NCBI RefSeq assembly: GCF_021028975.2
Contig: NC_059439.1
Location: 21,948,001 to 22,012,000, forward strand
DNA from: Sphaerodactylus townsendi
Lineage: Eukaryota
DNA: 64,000 nucleotides
Direction of reading: 5' to 3'
The notes under the pieces are model-generated. The model was not told where the DNA came from. It searched no databases and was given only the letters and a program-made list of their open reading frames with translations. The position numbers were made by a program, and so were the translations under genes. This document shows, piece after piece, positions 22,581 through 35,542 of this stretch; within the stretch, counting starts at the first letter, position 1; the number at the start of each line of letters is the position of its first letter.

Positions 22581-23349
22581 TCCTGCTGTTTTCTTGTTGT
22601 TTTGAATCAGCTTAATTTAATAGTAAAATGTGTTTTATCATTTTGCATTTCTGGGTTTTGTTTTCATGAAAATGATAAAGGTTCTAATAAAGGTTTTGAA
22701 TCTGTGTATGTTCAATTCATATTAATTAAAAAAACCCCACAGACACATAAAGGAATACACAATGTTTAGCCAATCAAGAAATGGACTTTTTAGACTCACA
22801 AATCACTGAAAACATCTGGAAAATGTTTTTAATCGCCCTACTTTTTACCACGATGTATTCCTGCACTCACCCCCTTGGAAAAATTATTGACTGCCATTAC
22901 GTGATTTCCACCTTTTATTGTGAGTTTTGTGTTGGATAAGTGCTTCAGTGGCTCAAAGCTTCTTGTAGAAATTTTCTGTTCCTAGTATAATTAAAGCATC
23001 AAAGGTTAGCTCTCCAGAAAGTAAACAAAACAAACAGGAAATGATTGAAATAAACAGGTGGAGTAGAATAAAGTAAGTTCAGAAAGTAGTGCCATGGTGG
23101 ATGTTCAGGGAAGCAGAGAAGCATGCAGAACGTAATCAATAGATTACACAGCAACTGAGAACGTTTTCAAAACATTTCAACCAGAGAATCATTTTAAAAG
23201 GGAATTCTTATAACATGTTTTGAGGCTGCTAATAAAATGTTTGGGGGTAAAACAGTGAGGAACCTGATGGAGGAAATGTTTCTGTTCCTGCCTCAAAAAG
23301 GCTGTGTGGAAAGGACCACTGTCTTGCATGATGGATCTACTAACAAACA

Positions 23350-23785
23350 CTGTGTCCTGTAAAGAAAGACTTAGGCAGCTGGGGGATGTTTTGTCTCGGG
23401 AAGTGGAGGTTAAGGGTGGACATGATAGCTATGTTTTAATATTTGAATGGATGCTATGTCAAAGAGGAAGCAAGCTTTTTATCTGCTGCTTCAGAGACTA
23501 ATATACGGAGTAATGGGTTCCTCGCACAATACAGAACTAGTGAAATGTAAGTAACCAGCTTTTCTTGCTGGAAACGAGATTCCACCTAAACATTAGGAAG
23601 AACTTTCTGACTGTCAGGGCTGTTGGACAGTGGAACTCACTGCCTTGGAGAGTGGTGGAGTCTCCTTCTTTGGAGGTTTTTAAACAAAGGCTGGATGAAC
23701 ATATATCAGGAGTGATTTGATTGCATGGCAGAGAGTTGGACCTGATAGCCCTTGTGGTCTCTTCCAACTCTATGATTCTTTCTGA
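23350..23785 (+). mobile_element. CR1 LINE 3' fragment
   Basis: GAGATTCCACCTAAACATTAGGAAGAAC...GGTCTCTTCCAACTCTATGATTCT, a CR1 3' end. Confidence 0.8.
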
Positions 23786-26532
23786 TATCAAGCACTGAAC
23801 ACTTGATTGAAACTGATATCAAGCACTGAACACTTGATTGAAACTTTTGACACCAGCTGAGGAATAAAAACCAAAGGGTTCTTGCCTCTTAGACCTGTGT
23901 CCATTGTGTGAACAGAGAAGTTATACCCTTGTGATATAAAGCAAATGGAATCAATGGAACATGTCTTCTTCCACAGCAATTACAAAATCCCAGTTGGCCT
24001 TGATTTGATGGAAAAGTTTTGTAAGCTCACTTCCCTGTGCCCCAACTGGCTAATCTTCCAAATGGTATGATGTGTGTTAGATCAGTCTCTGGACACACTT
24101 TTTAAGAAAGAAAGATATCAAGGACAACTGGGATTTCATAATTGCCGTGCAATTATTTTTTCAGAATGTTGAATGTTGTGCAACTGTCTTCAGCTCTTGG
24201 GGAAACTGAGAACCATTCTTGCCTGTGACTGGGTAGGAAAAGTTGGGTTGAATCCAATCTGCTTTTCTACTGGTCAAGAAGAAACTCACTATATAAAATT
24301 GCATATGCATTTGAAAAGGTCAAGCAAGCTCGAGATCTTTGTTGCCCATGTATACAAAAGCCAGCTTTTGCAAGAAATCTGCAGAGGAGCAAGGTAAAGT
24401 TTACACATTTCATTACGGGGGAAAAATAATAAACAAGCATACAATAATCAAAGCAGCAGAACATGCATACAGTCCTAGGATAGAAGCAGTGTTGAGGAGA
24501 TAGGTTGGGAATAGTGGAGGAATTGGGGGAGTTCTTAGGGATAATACTGTACCAGATCCTGAATTGACTTTGGGTCCATGAAGCAGAGTACATAAACTTG
24601 CACTGGGTTACAAGGAAGTGAGGTAGAAAACAAATGGCATGTAGCAGCAACTGAACCCAAAGGTAGACTGAGAAGTACTGTGGGCTGGTAGAAGGGTTAT
24701 TTTATAGAGAGAAATGGGCCCTCTGGTAATGCTAAGGCCATTTCCACACAACACAAATTAAACATTTTCAGGATGGTAAAAAAGCATTTTAGGGTAGAAT
24801 TCTGCAGTTCCCCCCCCCCTAAAACACTTTATTTCCAGCCTCAAATTTTTTTGAATGAATCCCCTTTTCTAGCAATGCTTTTGGCTGAAATGCTTTTTAA
24901 AAGGCTTTGTTTGTGTGCTGTGACTGTCATTTTGTGAGATCTTTGCCTGCAGAAACTGCTTGCCTTGTTTCAGAACATTTTTGATGTTTTTTTTTGGGGG
25001 GGGTTCATCTTTACAGCATCGACTACAGAAAGGAACTGCAGCATGAGGCTGTGAAGCATGAAGCACTGATTTTTTCCCCTTTTCTAGCAATGCTTTTGGC
25101 TGAAATGCTTTTTAAAAGGCTTTGTTTGTCTGCTGTGAGGAGGGGATTGACTCCACCTCACTTCTCCTTTGATAAGTGCAAATGCTTTCATGTGTGGAGA
25201 AATACATTTTTATTTTAAAATATTGATAGACCATCCTTCCACAAACGGTCCAAAGTAGTTTACAATGACTAAACACATAAACCTAAAAAAACACAATGCA
25301 ATATAAAACTAGACAACAAATAGGTAGAAACCAGCACCAATAAAACAAATAGATAAAATGATCAATAAAGCAGGACAACTATTGAGGAAATAGGGACAGG
25401 TGACAAAGAGAAGACTGTAGAGAAAAGCAGGCTGACCTATGGAAGGGATGTCAAATTTAAAGAATCTGTGGACAAGTTAGCGCACAAGTGGGCAATAGGC
25501 AGGGGCCATAGCATTGGTGAATGCAATGATTAGACAGCCAGCACTGTGTTGTTCTTTATTGCATCCTTGATCCTGAACAGGCAATGTTTCTGTGGGGACT
25601 GTTAGCGCTGAATCTCCTGGAAATTGTCTAACTGTCCACCACTGTAGAGGCTCAGGAAGCAGGTGCACCTCTTGGTATTGCTGCCCATCCGGGTGCTGCT
25701 GAATGAAGTATCAGTGGCTTATCTATTCTGGAAACATGGATCCTGGTGCTGGCAGTACCCTTTATGTAATTGAAATTCTTCCAGTTGCAAATAAAGATTT
25801 TCACTTCAGTTTACTGTTGCAGATCTTTGTTTTCAGCTATGTAGTTGGTTTCATCCTCCCAGTGCCAAACTTCTAAGGGTTCATACTTCAATTGTAATGC
25901 GGAAAGTTTAGCTAAGAGTATGCAGAGTGTTAATTTTTTTCAACTGATTACAATGTCAAAGATTTTAGCTTATTCTCCTCCAATTCTTTCCATTTTTTCT
26001 TGCCAGTACCAAGAAGTATTTGAAATATCCTCTAGCATAGCCCAGCATCCTATTCTTGATTTAGCTACTCTCTGTTTCAGTGCATTTTAGGTTGATTAGT
26101 TGCTTCTCTAAAATTATTGTTTCTGAGCTTTCTCCTGAGATTATTTATTCTGTTTTTTTTCAATTAATATTTTAAGGTTTATTTTTTATTAGTTACATTA
26201 GTTACATTTAGTTACATTTATTATAAAATTAGTTTTTTATATATTCCTTTGACAAAGCTCATAAAGTGAAATGTGTGTGGACTTTACAAGACAATAAAGC
26301 TGACCCTTTCCCCCACTTTTTCTTTTTTGGTTTGCCGGACACTGTGTGAGACAGGATGCTGGACAAGAGAGACCAGAGGTCTGATTTAGCAGGGCTTATG
26401 TTGGGTTCTTACTAACAATAATAAATGTATTCTTGTTCCCCAGATATATCTACTGTCAGATATTTTTGAGAAGCTAAACCCTATAAGTCCAAAAACTGAT
26501 CTTTTCAAGGCATTCCAACTGTACTCCATTCA

Positions 26533-27770
26533 AAACTAAGCATAAGCCTAAGCATAAGTTTTTTATTGTCATTGTGCACGCACAACGAAATTTACAGCAG
26601 CATTCTTTGATGCACACAATTTCAGACTCATACCCCATCCTCACTACACAGCCCCAAACACATCAACACGAAGCCGCGGAGTTTAGCATAGCCACAGCTC
26701 TAGAGTAGAAGCTGTCTCTAAGCCTCTTTGTCCTGGTTTTGATAGACCTGTATCGTCTGCCGGATGGTAACAGTTCAAAAAGAGAGTGTGCTGGATGAGA
26801 CGGGTCTCAGAATATTTTGGGCTTTTTTTAGGCTTTGGGAATTATAGGCTGATTCCGCATGGGCCAAAAACAGCAGTGTGAAAACAGTGTAAAAATGGTG
26901 TAAAAGGGTTTAAAATGGTGTAAAAGGGTTTATACTGTTTTCATACTGTTTTCACACTGCTGTTTTTGGCCCATGTGGAATCAGCCATAGAGTTCTTCCA
27001 ATGAGGGGAGAGGGCAGCTGATAATCCTCTGTGCAGTAGTGATCACCCTTTGGAGTGCCTTCCTATCTGCCACTGTGCAACTGGAGAACCATACACAGAT
27101 GCAGTAGGTTAAGGCACTCTCTATAGCACAGCAGTAAAAGGACACCAGGAGTTTTCCATTCAGTTGTTGTTTCCTTAAAAGTCTCAGATAATACAGTCTT
27201 TGCTGGCCCTTCTTAACCACCACGGCAGTCTGTACGCCCCAGGTCAAGTCCTCTTTAATCATGATGCCCAGAAATTTAAAACTAGCCACCTGCTCTACTT
27301 GATCTCCATTTATAGTCAAGGGCTGAATTTCTGAGCTATTCCTTCTATAGTGTACTATGGGCTCCTTTGTCTTACATTGAGTGTTAATGGGAGCAAGTTT
27401 ATTTTTTCCCTGCACCGCGCCCAGAGCGAATTGATTACCTCACTCCGATAAGGCAGACTCATCCCCTCCAGAGATGAGCCCCACCACCCGTTATGTAATC
27501 GGCAAATTTGATAATGGTGTTACTATGATGAACAGGAATTTTTGCAATCATATGTATAAAGGGTGAACAATAGGGACTCAACACACAACCCTGTGAAGCG
27601 TTCCCATGTTTAGAAGCCGAACTGAGGAAACCCGATTTCCCAGTCTAACCCTCTGGGAACGTCCAGACAAGAAGTCCCTAATCCACAAACAGATTGAATG
27701 TGAGAGTCCAAGATCCACAAGTTTTGTCACCAGTCTTTGTGGTAAGATTGTATTAAATGCGGAACTAAAG
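26533..27770 (-). mobile_element. Rex1/Babar LINE, 5'-truncated RT remnant
   Basis: Minus-strand ORF with VEQVASFKFLGIMIKEDLTW..KKGQQRLYYLRLL..AIESALTYCICVWF; upstream degenerate QGCVLSPLLF and KFAD motifs; short tandem 3' tail. Confidence 0.85.
26847..26986. mobile_element. PIF/Harbinger-type palindromic MITE nested in Rex1
   Basis: ~40-bp TIR GGCTGATTCCGCATGGGCCAAAAACAGCAGTGTGAAAACAGT; TSD ATA. Confidence 0.85.
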
Positions 27771-28630
27771 TAAACTGAAAAGGTACTTTCTGGGGGGAGG
27801 GGGTTTGTATAACAAATACATTTGTTACTTATTTCTTGTGGATGAATTAGATTTTTTTTTCTAGATAGTTACTGGTGTGCTTTCCCCAAAAGATACCACA
27901 ATATTTTGTCAATGGGAAGAGGCAAATTTCCTGTTGGTTGTGTTGGAGATTATATGTAAAAAGTTATTGTGTACCTGTTTTACCTACTGTCCTGGCTAGT
28001 TGATTTTGAAAGCTTGGTTCAGGTCATATTGTAACTGAGAGCATAAGCTGAAAAAAATAAAATGCCAAATAACCTCATCACAGCTCTAAACCTCTGGGCT
28101 CATGATGGAAGCAATGAGAACAGCAAGATTGGGTAGAGTTTGCTCAGCACCTGCATAGAGTCTCTTCACTTTTGATGTCAGTTTTAAAGAAATGCATCGA
28201 ATTGTTCATGAGAAGTGAAGAAAATGGACCAAACTTTATTTTCAGCTCTCTACAACTCCATATTGTTTTATGTGCATGTTATTTTTTTTTAAAAAAAGGA
28301 AACCTCTTGTACAACCCTATTACTTCACAACTCGAATTTTTTGTTGTATGTTATCTACCTTATGCTGGTCTAGGACCACCATAAAGATTAACTGATTGGT
28401 TGACTGACTTCGTGACTCTTTTATCTTCTGCACCCTGTTTAAATATAGGTGGTTGGGCACAACAAGGAGATGGACGCTTCCCAAATCTAAAATGGGTACA
28501 CTGCTGTGGAAAATTTTGGTTTTGCATACATTTCTAAGCTAATTATATTTGAGGCTATGAACCAACAAGAATAAAACATACAACCCTCTGCCTGCCTGTA
28601 ACACATATCCCACCTGTTATTCTCTCACAG

Positions 28631-29596
28631 ATGGATACAGTACATGAAGTGCGGCAGAATGCCACAGTTGTCACTGAATTTATACTCCTGGGACTCTCCA
28701 GCAATCCTGAAGCCCAGCTCATTCTTTTTGGTCTCTTTCTGCTCATCTACTTGGTGGTCCTGATTGGGAACACCCTTCTTTTCCTCCTCATCAGTTTCAA
28801 CAAAAGTCTCCATAGCCCCATGTACTTCTTCCTGGGTAATCTTTCTCTAGTAGACATTGGGTATACCACTTCCACAGTGCCCAAGATGCTGACAAATTTT
28901 CTCTTCCAGGACAGGACTATTTCCATAGCTGGTTGCTTCTCCCAGATGTACTTCTTTATCTCCTTTGGTGGCATCGAATGCCTCCTGCTAGGTGTGATGG
29001 CGTATGACCGATATGCTGCCATTTGCCACCCCCTGCATTACAGTGTGCTCATGAGGCCCCAAGTTTGTATCATTTTAGCAGCTACTGCTTGGATTCTAGG
29101 CTTGGCTAACTCAGGCGTGCACTCCGGCATGCTTTCTCGTTTGTCCTTCTGTCAGGACAATGTCATCCATCACTTTTTCTGTGACATCCCACCCCTTTTC
29201 CAGCTGTCTTGTTCTGACACCCAAGCTAATCAAATTGCTACCTTTGTAGTGGGTGGAGGTGTGGTAATGAGTTCCTTTCTGGTTACTCTCGTGTCTTACG
29301 TATACATAGCAATGGCCATCCTCAGGATCCGCACCAAAGAAGGGCGTCTCAAGGCTTTCTCGACCTGTACCTCTCACCTCACTGTAGTAAATATTTACTT
29401 TGGCACCATAATTTTCACATACCTGAAGCCCAACTCCACATATTCTCAGGAGCAGGACCGAGCCTTGCCTGTTCTGTATGGGATCATTGTACCTATGCTT
29501 AATCCAATTATATACAGTTTACGGAATAAGGATGTGAAAAGGACACTTTGGAATGCCGTGGGTAGTTCTAAACAAGATAAAGTGATCAATTTGTAA
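28631..29596 (+). CDS. Olfactory receptor, OR5V1-like, intact, 321 aa
   Basis: [37 protein letters not shown] and PMLNPIIYSLRN motifs; NAT glycosylation site; TCTCTCACAG acceptor directly before the ATG. Confidence 0.95.
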   Translation: MDTVHEVRQNATVVTEFILLGLSSNPEAQLILFGLFLLIYLVVLIGNTLLFLLISFNKSLHSPMYFFLGNLSLVDIGYTTSTVPKMLTNFLFQDRTISIAGCFSQMYFFISFGGIECLLLGVMAYDRYAAICHPLHYSVLMRPQVCIILAATAWILGLANSGVHSGMLSRLSFCQDNVIHHFFCDIPPLFQLSCSDTQANQIATFVVGGGVVMSSFLVTLVSYVYIAMAILRIRTKEGRLKAFSTCTSHLTVVNIYFGTIIFTYLKPNSTYSQEQDRALPVLYGIIVPMLNPIIYSLRNKDVKRTLWNAVGSSKQDKVINL

Positions 29597-29879
29597 AACA
29601 CAAATAGTTGGGGGTAACCTGCTTTACCACTGGAATTGAAGAATCAAGACTGAATGTGGGTACTGAATATATTTTTTTAAAAGTCTTATGAGATCTTAAA
29701 ATTTTACATATTGTGATAAAATGTTTCATTAGTCTCTGTTTGAAGAAGCAGGAAGAGTGAAATCCAGTAGAGTAATTTATGCAGAGATCTACACATGAGA
29801 GCGGGAGGGGTAAAATACAAATTCTCCACACTCAACCCCACATATGACATTGTTAATTGCTATGTCTGTTTGGCTAGAA

Positions 29880-30281
29880 CAGGGGTCAGCAACCTTTAAC
29901 GCCCAAAGAGCCATTTGGACCCGTTTTCCACGGAAAAGAAAACACCTGGAGCTGCAAATACTTTTTGACATTTCAAATGAAGATAACACTGTATATATTG
30001 TTTTTTTACCTTTACGCTTTGTATAAACAATTATAGTGTGTTATGAAATCCATGAAGTGTTACATCACTGTCATCAGCCAACCAGGCAGCTGGTACAGGA
30101 AAGCCAGAAGTGGCTTGGGATAGCTGTCTCGGACTGTGCCTCTCTAGGAACAGGGACTCTTTCCTATTAACCCTTAGGGTGACTCTCCAAAGGAGGCTGA
30201 GAGGACCCAAGCCACGCGGAACCGCAGTACAAGGACGAAAGAGCCGCATGCGGCTCCAGAGCCGCGGGTTGCAGACCTCTG
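29880..30281. mobile_element. hAT (Charlie-like) non-autonomous element
   Basis: Ends CAGGGGTCAGCAACC / GGTTGCAGACCTCTG; 8-bp TSD GGCTAGAA; absent from the paralogous site at ~50793. Confidence 0.85.
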
Positions 30282-30289
30282 GGCTAGAA

Positions 30290-30437
30290 CAAGGGTAGGG
30301 AACCTGCGGCTCTCCAGATGTTTAGGAACTACAATTCCCATCAACCCCTACCAGCATGGCCAATTGGCCATGCTGAAAGAGGCTGATGGGAATTGTAGTT
30401 CTTGAACATCTGGAGAGCCGCAGGTTCCCTACCCCTG
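30290..30437. mobile_element. URR1-like hAT-Charlie palindromic MITE
   Basis: Near-perfect palindrome CAAGGGTAGGGAACCTGCGGCTCTCCAGATG...CATCTGGAGAGCCGCAGGTTCCCTACCCCTG; TSD GGCTAGAA. Confidence 0.85.
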
Positions 30438-31002
30438 GGCTAGAATAATGTAGAACTGGGGCTCAGAATTTGTAGGCTCTGTCCACAGCATTGAAAGAAG
30501 AACATTGAGTCAATATTTTTGTGGTTTCATCCCCAGCTGAAGGGCATGAATAGTCTTTTTGGAATAGATAATAAAAATAAAGGGAAGTAGAATAAGAATC
30601 CTTAATATTTCCCATTGCTGAGCTTTGGATAGACCAGAAGAAAATGAAGTCCAGGGCAAAATCTGAGTTTTGTGCCCCCCCACCGGTATGGTCAGCCACC
30701 CTCCCCCACCATGACCAATGGCCACCCTCCCCCACTACAATCAAAGAATGATTTTTTGCACCTGGTCATCTCAAAGCCACCCTCACATTATAGAATATGT
30801 CTCAACTCACAAATCACAAATGGCACACAGCAGAGATTTTAAAAATTGACATTTTCAAAATGTTTTCAAAATGTTTAACAACTGTTATAACTTTTAAGTG
30901 TCATACGACTTTCAAATTTTTGTATTACTGCTGTGAATAATGTGTTATTACCCTCCATTCATTCCTTTGCATTTCTCCCAAGCATTTCCAGAAATAATGC
31001 CC

Positions 31003-31560
31003 AATTGCAGCCAGATGTGCAGATGCTTTACAAAGTAAATAACTACAGGACACGCTCTGGATTGAATTGGGCCGCAGCCCTTTACTGAATGCTGAAACTG
31101 AACGAACAAGAGGAGCGCATCTTAACTGCCGGACAGCATCACAACTAACCTGGCACCAACCCCAATCCTTATTGGGGGAACAGATCGTTCCCAGGCCGCC
31201 GGGCGTTCGCCCCTTGCACCCCCTAACTGCTGGGTTGTCGTGTTATGGAAGTTTTTACCCATAAAAAACTCCACACAAGGATGGCTAATAGAAGCTAGGT
31301 TTATTATCATGTCTGCAGACATGGAGAGAGCAATACCGTGGTACCAACTCTCTGAAGGCTAAATCGCAGTACTGCTCATTTTAAGACATTTCTGAACAGA
31401 CCCTTCTGACCTCTTCTGGCCAATCCTGGCCGGCTGTCCACGCAGGCTCACAATCCTGACTTGTTGCAAATCAGCACATTCCAAGATATATTTTTTAAAG
31501 AGTACATTCAGCATTAAAAGCATACATTCAGCATCATCTGACTTGGTTACGCGTGGGGCC
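31003..31560 (-). mobile_element. DIRS/Ngaro- or LTR-like remnant, related to 44037-44683
   Basis: Shares the end ATTGC..CCAGAT.TGCAGATGCTTTA...AATAAC.ACAG and GGGC.GCAGCCCTTT with the 44-kb insertion. Confidence 0.4.
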
Positions 31561-32003
31561 TTTTTGTTGAACCTCAGGGAGTTTACTATGGGGAATTTCC
31601 TCCAAGCATTCCAACACATCATTCTCTACAATCAAAATTCAAAAGATAAAATGGTATGGTTACACCTCACATTTCTTTGTATTTCTTCATTTATACCATT
31701 CTTGAAGAATGGTATAAAGCAGAAGTCAGTAAGTTGTGTTGGGACAAGGGATCACTGAGTGTAATAAAGGGTCACTGCACACTTCTTATATACATTGCTC
31801 AGATGTGTTAGGAAGAGACATGGAGCAGCAGCATCCATGTATTTGAAAGGATGTCTGGTTAATGATTTATCCTGTCCCCAGTTCACAGCAGCTCCAAGGA
31901 ACAATTGCTGCAACCCCAAACATCACAAACATACATGACTTAGAAAAGGTCTTATTTCTGTTACTTTACACTCACCTTCCCTCATTTCACCAAAGCAACT
32001 GTG

Positions 32004-32020
32004 CTAATGACCCTAGGGAG
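32004..32020 (+). promoter_or_regulatory. Candidate homeodomain + O/E (Lhx2/Ebf-type) composite site; paralogues at 46017-46033 and 52632-52648
   Basis: CTAATGA directly followed by CCCTAGGGAG, upstream of each MKMDF-type OR copy. Confidence 0.35.
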
Positions 32021-33164
32021 TTCTTTCTTCATGTTAGTAACTTCCTTCACCTCCAGAGAATAGTGTCTGCACACAAAAGATGACTGCAAATATTTGTTGC
32101 TTTCTATTTAGAGGTTCAGTAGCAACAGAGTTGATTTGAAAGTTCTTAGGTGAAAGACCACCCTGAAAAAGCCTAACTGAGACACATAGTACTTGGACTT
32201 CTTAACGGATGGAGATATGAATGCAGCTCCAAGAGAGATGATCTCGTTGCCAGTGACAGCATTCTCAGATCTTGAATCAATCAACACGGCTAGCAGTAGC
32301 AGATCACAAACTAGTCATTGCTGGATTTTGATTCCAGAACAATTTTAATGTTTTTTTGGATTGTGGAAGCACTTCAGAGGATAAATTGAAGAAGCCTGCC
32401 TTCTCTTGGTTCAACTCTCAGGTGAAGCAACAGATGTCTTGAGTTGTTATGTAACATAGATGAAGGCTGGATGATGGCTAACAAATTAACACTCTGTTCT
32501 GGTAAAATTGGCATGCCAATCAGGATTTAGGGAATCTTCCTGTTTGGGTGGAGGGTGCTTTCGGAACCAGGGGTACAGATGGAGACACAGCTCTGTGTAG
32601 CATGGTGTGCCTTTTGTTAGCGTTGCTCAGCTTGCCAGATTCAGCATTTCATTGATAGAGGCCATGAGGCCAGAAATCCATCTCCTTGTATACACTGCTG
32701 CAATATACTCTACTTGGTGCTGCTATTGAGCCCTCCGGCGGAGGGCGGGATATAAACTGAATAAATAAATAAATAAAAATAAATATTTGGAAACATCCAC
32801 TAGGCCAAAATGCAGCAGCTAGAATGACAGTAGCTAGAATAAATATAAATATAAATAAATGCAGCAGCTAGAATGACAGCAGGCACCTGTTATAACTTTG
32901 CAGTTATAAAAAAAAGCTATGCTGGCTACCATTTTGCTTCTGGGTATAATTCAGTGTGCTGCTTATTGCTTGTAGAGCTGTTCACATTATGAGTCCTGAA
33001 TGCCTGAAGGAATGTGGCATCCTGTATGTACTTGCCTGCCAACTGAAATTATCATCTTCAAAGACCCTGCTCTGTTTGCCTGCTTTTTCAGAAGCTAGTG
33101 TGTGAGCATTACAGTCTTCTCAGTAGTGATGCCCAGGGTTTTGACCTCTGCCAAGCAATCCTGA

Positions 33165-33500
33165 GACTTAGGGAGCTGGATAAGTTTAGTTTGGTGAAGA
33201 GAAGGTTAAAAACATGATAGCCATGTTTAGATATTTGAAGGGATGTCATGTTGATGAGGGAGCAAGCTTTTTTCTGCTGTTGCAAAGACTAGGACCTGGA
33301 GTAATGGGTCCAAGGTGAATGGAGCATCTAAACATCAGGAAAAACTTCCTGACAGTGTGTGTGGTGGAGTCTTCTTCTTTGGAGGTTTTCAAAGAAAGGC
33401 TGGATGGCCATCTGTCAGGAGTGCTTTGATTATATGATCCTGCATTGCCCGGGGCTTGACTTGATGGCCCTTGGGGTCTCTTCCAATTCTATGATTCTAC
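33165..33500 (+). mobile_element. CR1 3' fragment (paralogous to 46725-47105 and 54008-54397)
   Basis: GAGACTTAGGGAGCTGG...GGGGTCTCTTCCAATTCTATGATTCTA. Confidence 0.8.
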
Positions 33501-33778
33501 ATTTTAAAATCTAGTCAAGGTCAATTTGGTTCTTGAATTCTACCATCAGGAGGACTAAATGTTCCTCTGGAAATGAGGCATTGGCCCACAAATAGTTTTC
33601 CTACCCCTTTGGTCTATGTGATGCACTTATGCTGTCTGAACTGAAAAAGTGTGCTGACCATGGACAGTGAATAATAAAAGCTGACTGCTGTCTCTTATTT
33701 GTTGTCTTTATGAAACTGCTGACATGCATAGATCAAACTGCCACATGCACATCCGCCAAAGAAGCTCCACTGATCTGC

Positions 33779-33863
33779 ATGAAGATGGACTTCATCAAGC
33801 TTCTGGGAAGACCGAACAAGACCTGGATCACAGAGTTTGTCCTCTTGGGATTCTCTCTTGACA
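33779..33863 (+). pseudogene. 5' stump of an MKMDF-type OR
   Basis: MKMDFIKLLGRPNKTWITEFVLLGFSLD is nearly identical to the starts of the ORs at 47383 and 55265, then homology stops abruptly. Confidence 0.9.
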
Positions 33864-33988
33864 GCAGTTCGTGAATATATCAACATCTGTGCAGTTATTG
33901 GAGCTTTGGAGGTGACTTCTCAAAGCAAAGCAGAATGGGGGAACTCAACTTGCTTGTGTTCAAAACCTCAAAAACATTCAAAACATCA

Positions 33989-34129
33989 GGCCCCTTCCGC
34001 ACACGCAAAATAATGTGTTTTCAAAACACTTTCACAACTGTTTGCAAGTGGATTTTGCTATTCCGCACAGCTTCAAATAGCACTGAAAGCAGTTTGAAAG
34101 TGCATTATTCTGCATGTGCGGAATGAGCC
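33989..34129. mobile_element. PIF/Harbinger-type MITE
   Basis: Same family as 16698 and 57135; TSD not preserved. Confidence 0.75.
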
Positions 34130-35542
34130 TTGGATTAAAATAAATGCTTGCTAGAGAGCCAGGGTGAAGCTTATCCTGGGAGACCCCACTCAGCAGTCGT
34201 CTCTCTCAGCATAACCTATCTCAAAAGCTGTTGTAAGGGTAAAATGGATAAAGTGGAAGGGAAGACCCAGGTACATTGCTCTGAGCTCCTTAGTGGAAAG
34301 CAACTAATACATATATAGATGTGCTAGTCTATCTATCTAACAATTATGGAGGAGGAGACTCACTGATCCTTTGAACTTCCTCCTCAGCAACCCAACTGAT
34401 CAAACTGGAAAATGTTTCATAAAACGACTTCTAATTGTGTAAGTTTGGGGTGTTATGGAAATTAGTGGACATATTAATTCCAGAAGGGAACTCTGCAGGC
34501 AATCATTTTTTCCCCCCTATTCATTCTGGAACCATTTCATCATGTCACTGAAATCTAGTCCATTATCTCACCGCCCTCACACCACCCATTGCCTTACAAA
34601 GTCAGAGTTTCCTCGGTATAAGCCGGGTCTTCAGGAACCAAGATTGCCCCTTTATGCAGTAACGCCTCAGAGTTCAACGTTTGCACAACTTGATGGAAAT
34701 GTCAGAGCTTGGGCTTCAAGTTGGTTCACAGATCTTGAAGCAATCCAGTTCTCTGGGTAAGATTACATAATTGACTGTAAGAAATATAATGCAACCTATT
34801 ATTATTATATATATCCATAAGTGGAGCTCTGCTGTAATACAGAAGATTGTGGCCAGGTTATTAGCAGATGCTGGTTCAAGTTTGACTGTGGCAATTGCAA
34901 AAATTTCTGTCTATGACATTTAGTGACATTATTTCTTAAATTTTTATTGTATAGTTCCATATATTTATAATTTTATGTAATTTGCGTGTTGTGGGTTTTC
35001 CTGGTTGTGTGACTGTGGTCCAGTAATTTGGGCTCCTAACATTTCATCTGAATCTGTGGCTGGCACAGTATGGAGTGGTCAGTCACTCCAAGATGCTTTT
35101 GTATTTTTGAGGATTCAAAAAAAGATGTCTTAGGGAGGAACTCCTCACAGCCCCCCCCCCCGGGCATTCTCAGGACATTTTATTTCAGCCCAAACAGTCA
35201 TATTTTGAAATGACAAAACAAGATGTGTTTCTACACTCCTGCATTCCTGCTGGGTGGCCTTGGGCTAGTCACAGTTCTCCAGAACTCTCTCAGCCCCACC
35301 TACACCACCTACTCTCTATATTGGAGAGAGGAAGGGAAAGGAGCTTGTAAGCCACCTTGAGACTCTTTACAAGAGAAAGACAGGGTATAAGTCCAAACTC
35401 TTCTTCTTTTTCTAGAGTTCAGTGCATGGTTAAATTAACTGGGGAAAGAACATTTATCAAGGCATTTTAACTCTGAACCGTCCGTTCAAAACATGGTTTA
35501 TAATCAAATCAAGAATTACAAAATGTAACCATTCCTTCACAG

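Noticed and set aside
23782-23845. 31-bp tandem duplication at a CR1 3' end; also short duplications at 24862/25077 and 38355/38690
   Set aside because: Ordinary local duplications with no further structure.
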